Source: the human T2T-CHM13v2.0 reference genome, Homo sapiens. From it: 64,000 bases of DNA. Position numbers and translations under genes: made by a program. The notes beneath the pieces are model-generated. The model made no database searches. It worked only from the letters and a program-made list of their open reading frames with translations, and was not told where the DNA came from. Positions 47,889 through 64,000 of this stretch are shown here, in pieces. The stretch lies in the NCBI RefSeq assembly GCF_009914755.1, contig NC_060934.1; one strand, 5' to 3'. Numbering within the stretch: the stretch's first letter is position 1; the number at the start of each line of letters is the position of its first letter.

Positions 47889-49620
47889 GACATTTCTTTA
47901 TTTCCCACGTTATACATTTGAAACTACTTGTAATTAGAGCAACTCCATTCTATTTTGTATTTATTATGTCCAGTTGAATAAGGGAGAATAGAAGGAGCTC
48001 CAGGCATCTCATAACTTTCCCACACCATCCTTATAATTCCTCTCTGAGTATCTGGTTCACACTTGTGGACTCCTGTGAGCTCCATGAAGCAATTTCTATC
48101 CTTAGAGTTGCATCAACATAAGCAAAGAGAGTTTTAGGAAAGTATCTTACCAGAGATGGCTTCAAGTTCATAGAATCAAAGAATGTTGCTTAAAGGCTTT
48201 AACTAAATAAATAAACAAATAAGCATATGATGTCAAATATTAAATTTTTTAATGCCTAAGGAATAATATATCTTATTTAATAGTCAGAGATCATGTCCCC
48301 TACAAAATCCATTTTGCCTTCCCCAAGTAAATTATGTGCATGTAAGTGATTGATTGTCTTAAGGAAGTAAATTTTATTCAAGTAGAGGGTCTTCTTTGAT
48401 TTCCATTCATATAAAGAGATAAAAGCTCAACATTACTAATGCATATAGAATAAGACCTTTACAAAACTAAGTTTACACATTATATTCAGCACTTCTGCAA
48501 TTTCAGCCCTCCAGAAGTTAAGAGGACTTTGTTAAGACTCAATAATTGTTGATACTTTCCTTGCCGGGAAGTCCTAGAAGGCCTCATTTGCATAGTTCAA
48601 CCCTGTGTCAATGGAGAACTAAGGAGAGTGATTCATCCAAAGAAATTCTACAAAAACTTAAGTGAAGTACTCTAATTATTTGCTCAATTGCCTCTTTCAT
48701 TCAAAGCTTACTTTTAATAACTTCTTCCAATGGTCCCACAGAATTTTTCTTTGAAGAAGTTTCATAAACTTTGATTGTAAGGTTCCATTAAAGCCCGTGA
48801 AATGTTTTGGGGTTGTTTTGTTTTCTTGTTTTTTTTTTTTTTTTTTTTGGTGGAGGTGTCTTATTATTTATTTATTTTTTATGTCTTTATACTTTTATGT
48901 CTACTCAGCCATAACTTATGGATTTCTGTTGCAGCTATGTATTACTAGTAGAACAAATCACTCCAATATTGAGTAGTTCAGCAGTCTGAGATCAAACTGC
49001 AAGGTGGCAGCAAGGCTGGGAGAGGGGCGCCTGCCATTGCCCAGGCTTGCTTAGGTAAACAAAGCAGCCGGGAAGCTCGAACTGGATGGAGCCCACCACA
49101 GCTCAAGGAGGCCTGCCTGCCTCTTTAGGCTGCACCTCTGGGGGCAGGGCACAGACAAACAAAAAGACAGCAGTAACCTCTGCAGACTTAAATGTCCCTG
49201 TCTGACAGCTTTGAGGAGAGCAGTGGTTCTCCCAGCATGCAAATGGAGATCTGAGAACGGGCAGACTGCCTCGTCAAGTGGGTCCCTGACCCCTGACCCC
49301 CGAGCAGCCTAACTGGGAGGCACCCCCGAGTAGGGGCAGACTGACACCTCACATGGCCGGGTACTCCTCTGAGACAAAACTTCCAGAGGAACGATCAGAC
49401 AGCAGCAATTGCGGATCATGAAAATCCGCGGTTATGCAGACACTGCTGCTGATACCCAGGTAAACAGGGTCTGGAGTGGACCTCTAGCAAACTCCAACAG
49501 ACCTGCAGCTGAGGGTCCTGTCTGTTAGAAGGAAAACTAACAAACAGAAAGGCCATCCACACCAAAAACCCATCTGTACATTGCCATCATCAAAGACCAA
49601 AAGTAGATAAAACCACAAAG

Positions 49621-50666
49621 ATGGGGAACAAACAGAGCAGAAAAACTGGAAACTCTAAAAAGCAGAGTGCCTCTTCTCCTCCAAAGGAACGCAGTTCCTC
49701 ACTAGCAACAGAACAAAGCTGGATGGAGAATGACTTTGACGAGTTGAGAGAAGAAGGCTTCAGACGATCAAACTACTCCGAGCTACAGGAGGAAATTCAA
49801 ACCAAAGGCAAAGAAGTTGAAAACTTTGAAAAAAATTTAGAAGAATGTATAACTAGAATAACCAGTACAGAGAAGTGCTTGAAGGAGCTGCTGGAGCTGA
49901 AAGCCAAGGCTCGAGAACTACGTGAAGAATGCAGAAGCCTCAGGAGCCGATGCGATCAACTGGAAGAAAGGGTATCAGTGATGGAAGATGAAATGAATGA
50001 AATGAAGTGAGAAGGAAAGTTTAGAGACAAAAGAATAAAAAGAAACGAACAGAGAGAAAAAAGAATAAAAAGAAACGAACAAAGCCTCCAAGAAATATGG
50101 GACTATGTGAAAAGACCAAATCTGCGTCTGATTGGTGTACATGAAAGTGATGGGGAGAATGGAACCAAGTTGGAAAACACTATGCAGGATATTATCCAGG
50201 AGAACTTCCCCAATGTAGCAAGGCAGGCCAACATTCCGATTCAGGAAATACAGAGAACACCACAAAGATACTCCTCGAGAAGAGCAACTCCAAGACACAT
50301 AATTGTCAGATTCACCAAAGTTGAAATGAGGAAAAAATGTTAAGGGCAGCCAGAGAGAAAGGTCGGGTTACCCACAAAGGGAAGCCCATCAGACTAACAG
50401 CAGATCTCTCGGCAGAAACTCTACAAGCCAGAAGAGAGTGGGGGCCAATATTCAACATTCTTAAAGAAAAGAATTTTCAACCCAGAATTTCATATCCAGC
50501 CAAACTAAGCTTCATAATTGAAGAAGAAATAAAATACTTTACAGACAAGCAAATGCTGAGAGATTTTGTCACCACCAGGCCTGCCCTAAAAGAGCTCCTG
50601 AAGGAAGCACTAAACATGGAAAGGAACAACCGGTACCAGCTGCTGCAAAATCATGCCAAAATGTAA
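49621..50666 (+). pseudogene. L1 ORF1p, disrupted
   Basis: MGNKQSRKTGNSKKQSAS...; TGA at 50008-50010, frameshift near 50330, 30 bp duplication. Confidence 0.95.
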
Positions 50667-50729
50667 AGACCATCGAGACTAGGAAGAAACTGCATCAACT
50701 AGTGAGCAAAATAACCACCTAACATCATA

Positions 50730-54552
<3,823 letters not shown>

Positions 54553-54790
54553 CAATGAGAACACATGGACACAGGAAGGGGAACATCACACTCTGGGGAC
54601 TGTTGTGGGGTGGGGGGAGGGGGGAGGGATAGCATTAGGAGATATACCTAATGCTAAATGATGAGTTAATGGGTGCAGCACACCAGCATGTCACATGTAT
54701 ACATATGTAACTAACCTGCACATTGTGCACATGTACCCTAAAACTTAAAGTATAATAATAATAAAAAATAAATAAATAATAAAATAAAAT

Positions 54791-55240
54791 AATCATTATT
54801 TACTGTAGACACAATGTGATTCTACTCAAGGCAGCTTCAGCCAAGGCTGGAGGGTCTGTTACCAGCTTGATTCGCTCACATAGCCGGTGAGAAGGCACTG
54901 AACTCACTGGGGCTGAGGGCTGGGGGACTCTGTTCTACCAGACATGAGACTCTCCATGTGGCCTGGGCTTCCTCCTCTTGTGTGGGTTTGAAGAACAAGT
55001 GTCCTAAGACACACACAGCCAGGCAGAAATGTGTGTTTCCTTTTCTGATGTAGTCTACAAAGTCACACTGTGACGTAGTCTCTGCATGTCTTAGTGGAGG
55101 CACAAACATCTATCCAGGTTAAAGAGGAAGAGGCTTAGAATCCACTCTTGATGGAGGAGTGGCGGGCATCTGGAAGAGCTTGTAGGATAGCAGATACTGG
55201 TATAACTTTTTTTTTTGGAAATAGAAAGCAATCTGCCACA
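54791..55240. mobile_element. MLT1 LTR, continuing the fragment at ~48920-48978 split by the L1
   Basis: acaaatcactccaatattgagtagttca | aatcattattt... and tccactcttgatggaggagtggc resemble MLT1. Confidence 0.65.
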
Positions 55241-56968
55241 CTTTCTGTGTTATCATTAAGGTAATTGTTATCCATTAGAGCAATTCAGTTGTTTTATGGA
55301 AGTTGCCTCTAACTCTCACTCTCTGAACAGCTCTGGGCCTTCCTTTCTTCACCTCTGGCTAACTAAAATGGCTTTTAAACACCTTTTACTCACTTAATCA
55401 GAGATGTGGTACTTACAGTGTTTGCCTGAATTTATCCTATATTCTAAAGACATTCTGGGTCAGGACCCCATGCTGCTGCTTCTGCTCAAGGGGGTGGGGA
55501 AAGTTAACTGTAGGCGCATGCTTTGTAAAGAGAAGAAAAAATGTATTTCTCCTGAATCTCTCTTCTCTTATAGTCTCAAAATATACCAGCGGCTTGAATA
55601 TTGCACTCAGTTCAGTGGATTCAATGTCTATTATGACAATGCCAAGCTACTATAAGAGTTTAAGAATCTTGAGGGTAGGACTTTGTGTTGTGTTTCATCC
55701 CTTAGTTTCTGTCACCAGGAGAGAAGAGCTGGGGAGAATCATTGCTTACTAGGATACATGCATTTTCCTATCAGGATATGAATGACCATGACATTAGACA
55801 AAGCAGACTTCAAATTCTTAATTCATTCAAGCAAACTGACTGATACTATGAAAATAGCAAAGGATATTTACAAAATGAGCACACTACACCCAGCTGTACA
55901 GGCAATGGAATATCTGTCTAAAATGATTAGCTCAGTTTCATCTCTCGACTGGGGATGTATGCCAGTTCTCCGCTGGCTTGATCTGCCTTCTTCAGGCAAA
56001 GCAACTTCCTAATTCCGGGTAGGGATTTCTTCCGTGAGGGCTATGTACCTTCAGGGCACCACTATGTTTGAGGCAAGAGTCTTCATGAGATGAAGATGTT
56101 GTCAGGAGAGTTAAACAAATAAATACATAAGGATTTTATAAGGGAGCTATAGTTAGACAGATTGACAGATTGTTGAAGTACAATTAAGGCAGTAGCCCCC
56201 AAATGACAAAAAGTTTAAAGGTCATCTACCATAAAATTTTACTCACCCCCATTCAAGACTTTATTTTGAGTTACTCAGGAAGTCTTTCTTATGATAGTTT
56301 CAACTAACTCCCCAAGATAATTCTTTCTAAACACACACAAAAAATTTAGTAAATTGTTGACATTTTGGGAATGTAATTTGAATTTTCTTTGTAAAGAAAA
56401 AGGCATACTTTATTTAAATATATTACAATTTTTTTATTCTGGCCTCTAGGTATGACATATAGATGCAGTATAAAGAACACCAGTCAAGGAATACTTGCAC
56501 ATGCATTGTGTCTAGCTGAGTAAATAGAACGTTGTCAATATTGTTGGAAATTCCCAGAGGGCATCTCTTGGCTTTCATCCCAGTCTTGCCTCTCTGGAAG
56601 TAATTACCATCGTAATTTTGTGCTAATAATTCTCTATAAAAATTAATTGGATCACTTTTTTGTTTAGTTTTGCTCATTTGTGACCTAGACAATAATGGAA
56701 TCACACAATATAGATTCTTCTGTGACTTTTGTCTTTTTTACTTTTAATATAAAGTATATAATCATAATGTTATTTCTGTTGTTGTGTAGTTTTCCTTTGC
56801 ATGATTTTTAATTATGCTACTAGTGGCATCTGGGTTGTTTTCAGCATTTTCGTCTTATAGATAATGTGATTATGTCCTATGTGGAATATGTCTCTTGATG
56901 AAAATGAACAAAGACCTCTCTAGGTTCATCACCTAATAGTTGAATTACTTGTTAAAGAATAGATACCT

Positions 56969-57290
<322 letters not shown>

Positions 57291-58397
57291 TTAGTAATAG
57301 ATGTCTTTTGAAAGAGGTTGTATAATTAACACTCCTAACAGCAGGGTCTATGTGTTCCCACTGATTCACATTCTACCCAACACTTATTATTATGAAATTT
57401 TTATTTTTGCTAATCTGGTGTGCAATTTGAACACCCATGATTATTAATCAAGTTAACATTTTTTTCATGTTGTTCCCTTTTCCTCTCCTGTAAAAAGCCC
57501 ATTCAAGTTCCTTACTGATTTTTGTACTTGATTGTTCTTTTTGTAATTGTTCATTGCTGAGGTTCTTTTAATTTTCTTAATAATGCTCTCTTCCAAGTGT
57601 ATAATTAGTACTTTTCACCTCGATTATAGTGATGAATGATACTTAATATAAAGACACAGTCTTAAATTTTCTTCAAAGAGAAGTTTTTTCTTTTTTATTT
57701 AAACCCTTAATCTATTAGTAAGTGATTTGAGGTAGAGATTCAATATTGTTTTTCCATATAGAAAACCAATGTTTCAATATTTATTAAAAATTTATGATTT
57801 CCTCTTTTACATAAAATGTAGATTTTGCCAAATATTATGTATGATAAATTTGTGGGTCTGTTTCAGAGCTCTCTATTTGGTTCCATTAGTCTTGTTTAAC
57901 TATATTACATATGAGACTATCTCAATAACTTGAACTTTATTATTACTCATAATATTTGAAACAATATCCCTCAGCTTGTTCTTTTTTCAGAGGGTCTTAG
58001 CTATTATTAGGACTTTGCATTTCCGTATAAATTTTAGAATCAACTTAGTAAGTTCCATAAAAAAACTGTGATGATATTTACATTGAAATTGTATTGAATC
58101 TTTATGTGATTTTGGGAAGACTGACAGGGAGGAAATACTGAACCTTACTATTTATCAAGATGTTATGATTCTCCATTCATGGAATTTTAACATTTCTAAA
58201 AGTTGTTTGGCTTTGTTTTATAAACTCATTTATACGTAGATCACTTAAATGCAAATTACTTTCCAGGTAATGATCTAATATCCAATAGCATTGCCAAACT
58301 CTCTTCTTGATTCTAATTGTCTTATAGAATCTTTGAATTCCATAAAATATAGATTACATACAGAATTTTATGTAAACATTCACATCATCTGAAAATA

Positions 58398-59145
<748 letters not shown>

Positions 59146-61712
59146 TACATTTTTTCTACTCATTACACACTTTGTCTCTCTTGGCCTTGACTATGGTGGC
59201 TGACTAGGAGGAGCTCCAATACAATTCTGAGTAGTCAATAGTGATGACAGTTATCCTGATATTATTTCTTATTTTAAATGAGTTCGAAACACTACACTAT
59301 TTACTCTACTATTTCATGGGGATCTTTTTTTGAATACCTTTTATTGAGTTAAGGAAATTGCCATCTATTCTTAGCTAAGACTTGCGTTTTTCCCTTGAAT
59401 TGGTAAGTTTTATTGATTTTGCTGGTATAGATTTGTTTGCTTTTTGAAAGGCTCATGTGTTACTTAGCTTTAATCTTTTAATGTGGTGAATTACATTGAT
59501 AAATGTTTCAATATTGAATCACCTTTCGTTGATAGAATAAATCCAGCTTACTCAGATGGAACTTCTAAATTGAATTTTTGGATTGTTTGCTTATATTTTT
59601 CTATTTTTATATTGGCGAGTTTAGCATATAATTTTATTTTGGTATCAAACCAATTTGTTATCAAATGTTCTAACATCATAAATAGGGTTAAGGAGGACTT
59701 CCTTTTTTAAAAAATTAACATTTGAATTATCAGAATTTCTATTACTTTATTTTATTGTTATTGTTTTTATCATTGTAATGTTTTGGTAGGACTCCTTTAT
59801 GGCAAATATTTAATGGCGGATTCAATTTTTCTAATTATTGTAGAACAAATTGGTTATCATTTTGGTTAACTGGGAACATAGGTCTATTATATTTTCTCTA
59901 AGAATGTCACCTAATTTTTGAATGATGCTCATTCTTCTGTTATTACACAGCAAAAGGTACACTCAAATCTGCACACCCTATATAGACATTTGTAGGAAAA
60001 AGAATAATTGTACACACATAGACACATATACTTGATATAAATACATACAGATATATTTATTTTTATAGATATTTAAGGAATAACAACAAAGCCATATTCT
60101 GACAGATTCAAAGGCACAGTACATTATCCTTCCTACTATCCCTTCCTCTTTTCTCCTTCTTCGATGTTCCCGATTTTTTCCTGATAATCTCCTTGTTCCA
60201 CAGCTATAAGGCTGGTCAATAGACACTCCACCTTACTTTACCATTTACCTTATGCTTAATCATTGTTTATTATGAGAGCCACTGTCATTCCCATTTCAGG
60301 ATTCTGGGTATCTGCATTATGCAAGCACCTCCATTTCATTTTTATTTTAGTTAAAAAATCTATTAGTCTGTTATACAATTTGAAAACATATTTCTATTCA
60401 GTTATTTTTAGCGATAATCAGTCTGTCTAGATTTTAGTACAATATATTTTGTTAAGAAATAGTCATTTACTCAGAATTTCCTGTATCCATTTATCTATTT
60501 TTATGCAGTTAAAGATGCGATGTATATTTATATTTTATTCAATTGAAGAAACTAGGTACTTGCATAATCATCATTTGTAAATGAGGTGACTACATATTGA
60601 AAACATTTTAAATCAGGTGAAAAATATTTAAGAAGAATATCTTGATTCAAGACAAATATACCTGTACAAAGGCAGCAGCTCACTACTTAAAAGCCATAAC
60701 TTATTATAAAATATAGTAGAGAAAAAGTAACTCACAGAACGGAAGCAAGGAAAGCATGAATAGGAAAAAATAAGAAAAATTCACAGATTTAAAGAATAAT
60801 AAATTGTGGTAAAAACTTAAGGAATCTGTATATAATAACCTTTACTTTACTAGCAAATCTTTTGGACAAAAATGCTAAGTAAAAGTAGAAATAAATTTAC
60901 ATTCTTATAACATAAACCAACATAAAATCATTCAAGATTAATTTTAAAATTAAATTTTAAAAATGATAAAGTGTAGATAAATATGCTGTAAATTATCTGA
61001 TACATAATTTGATTTTAGTCTTTCTTATAAAACAAATAAAATGTTTACAATAAAAAACTATTACACAATTTTGAAAGTACAAATAAAAACATATTAAACA
61101 ACTACAAAGAGACAAAAGGAGAAATATTCAAAATATGCATAAAAGAATTGTTCAATTTTCCAAATATAAAAATATACCTTGTATACATTAAGAAAAAGAT
61201 AAGTCTGCAATAGAAACTTGATGCAATACGTGAACACACAGTTCAAAATTTATCCACAAATGTTCAGTAAAAATGAAAACAAGTTAAAATAATTAATTAA
61301 AAAAGAAGTGCAAACTTGAAAAATGATTTTCCCTTTCAAACAGGTAGCAAATTTTAAAATTAATTTTTACAGGAGCTGGCATTCTGATGGTAGAAAAATT
61401 AAATTATTAAGTACATACTTCTGACAGCACGGAAAAAACCTCCTCCCATACAAAGGTAAACTCAAAATTATTAGAGTGCTAATTTTTTGGAAAAGCAAGT
61501 ATTATTCTAATAAAATTGGAATCTGAATTAAATACTAGAAAAATATATAAAACTATATTTTATACATTATATTATATACATAGAAAACACAAATGATTTA
61601 AGAAAAAAACTAGAAATAATAAGAAATTTAGGTAACTAGGTAGTTAATAAATATTACAGCTTCTCTTATTCATAGAATAAGTTACCAAATATTGATACAA
61701 AAATCACAATAA

Positions 61713-62049
<337 letters not shown>

Positions 62050-62232
62050 TAGAAACAATTTTTAAATGACGTAATGATATAAAATATCTTACTGGAATAT
62101 ATGAAATGGTATCTAAACAAATGAAAGGCACATCATATTTTTGAATATTTGGATGAAAAGGCAATACAACAACAACATTTCCCAAATTATTATTTAAATT
62201 TTATATAATTCTAATACATGTCTTCGGTGGAC

Positions 62233-62548
62233 TTTTTTTTTTCTTTTTCTTTTTCTTTTTTCTTTTTTTTGAGACAGAGCTTTGCTCTTGTTGCCCAGGC
62301 TGGAGTGCAATGGCGGGATCTCGGCTCATCGCAAACTCCGCCTCCCAAGTTCAGGCGATTCTCTGCCTCAGCCTCCTGAGTAGCTGGGATTACAGGCATC
62401 CACCACCACACCAGGTAATTTTTTGTATTTTTAGTAGAGACAGGGTTTGGCCGTGTTGGCCAGGCTGGTCTAGAACTCCTGAACTCAGGCGATCCATCCA
62501 CCTCGGCCTCCCAGAGTGTTGGGATTACAGGCGTGACCCACCATGTCA
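62233..62548 (-). mobile_element. AluS (Sp/Sq-like)
   Basis: Full Alu with mixed T/C tail. Confidence 0.93.
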
Positions 62549-64000
62549 AGCCCTTGGTGGGATTTTTTATGTAATTAAGAGTATATTTAATATTTTATGA
62601 AATATATTTATGTGCCCAATCCAACCCAATCCAAATAAATCTAGTCAGGAAGAACAAAGAAAAAGATTTTAAAAAACAACAGTGAGTATATGTTGGGGAA
62701 AATTAACCTTATTAGATACAAGAAGAAAACTGCTAATAAAATAAAATAATGTTTAAACAGTAACTTAAATAATGAAAAATAGTAGAAATGTCAGAAATAT
62801 ACTCACTAACAATATGATTTTAATGTAAGGTACAGGTGATAGAATAATGCAGTTGGAATAAGATGAATAACTTAATAAATAGTGCCGGGATATCTGGATA
62901 TCCATAAGATGTAATTTCCAAATACATTAAATTCCTAAACACAAATACTAAAAAAAACAAATGTTTACAGTTTATAGAACTATAAGTACTGCCTAGGAGC
63001 AAGTGATATTTCTCACAAAGATAGGGAATCAAAATCCCATAAAGAAATAATAAATATACTTGTTCTAATTTCACAGTAAAGATCTAAGAAAAATCCCCTT
63101 GTGCTCCCAGCAGTGGGAAGGAAAAGTAACAATTTCCCGATACCCCAGATCATTCTCCACATCACAGCCTGTTCTTTTAGGGGAAGGACTTCACCAAAGC
63201 CTTATCTCCATGGGCAAGTGGCAATTGGCCAACTCCAGTTGTTCTAGCCTTTCTACCTCACCTAAGGGAAAGTGACAGAGGCTAAGAAACAGATCTGAGT
63301 GTCATAGCCCAGTGACACAGGCCCACTAAAAAAAAAAAATTATAGATTACTTCCCTTCTCTGAGAAGGGAAGGGCTACAGTATAATAACTACAGATTACA
63401 ACTAAAAGAGCTGCAAGAAACAAATTCAATTTAAAAAGAATTTCTTATGAAAACCCCAAGACAGAGGGGGAAAATGTAAGGACACAAGAGGAAACTGATG
63501 TCTCTGGCATCTATGGCTACAGAAAACATTTAAACAGAACTCAGTTCCTATACACACTAAAATAAAACCTCACACTAACGGCCCATTTACCTCAGTTTCT
63601 ATTACCTGATACGTTACGTTTGGCTTACAACAAAAAAAAATCACAAGACATGCTAACACATAAAACAGTCTTAAAAGAAAAAGTAAGCATTAGAATTAGA
63701 CTAATATATGATGCAGACTGTGGAACTATAAGGTAGGAAAGTTTAAATAACTATGCTCAATACTTTAAGGGCTCTAATAAAAAAAAGTACAACATGCTAG
63801 AATAGATGGGTAATATAAGTAAAAATGTAAGTGTGCAAAGGAACAGAAAGAAATACTATAAATAAAACACTTAATAGAAATGAAGAGTGCTTTTGATATA
63901 TACGTCAGTAGATGGGACACAGCTGAGGCAACAATTAGAAAACTTGAAGATACAGCAATAAAAATTTCACAAACTGAAATACAAAGAGAAAAATAAATAA

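Overview
Primate, almost certainly human, euchromatic DNA: AT-rich, no CpG island, and dominated by interspersed repeats. I cannot support any host protein-coding gene; nearly all listed ORFs are Alu-derived, L1-derived or random. Main contents: (1) a nearly complete Mutator/MuDR-type DNA transposon fossil (Ricksha-like, ~1181-6023) with both TIRs, a recognisable decayed MULE transposase, and nested MLT2, ERV1-LTR and Alu insertions; (2) a 5.8 kb 5'-truncated L1PA3-like LINE-1 (48979-54790); (3) about 22 Alus, three with diagnostics of human-specific subfamilies (Ya5, Yb8, Yg6); (4) THE1/MLT solo LTRs, MER20, MER58, Tigger2, L2/MIR and old L1M fragments. The most notable unexplained structure is an ungapped inverted repeat with 86 bp arms (43088-43291, 78/86 identity, 32 nt loop) in sequence I do not recognise as a repeat. 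All four of its transition mismatches read as G-U wobbles on the minus strand, the same strand as several splice-site-flanked non-coding exon candidates and the L1 antisense promoter. Subfamily names come from my recollection of consensus sequences and need RepeatMasker/Dfam confirmation.
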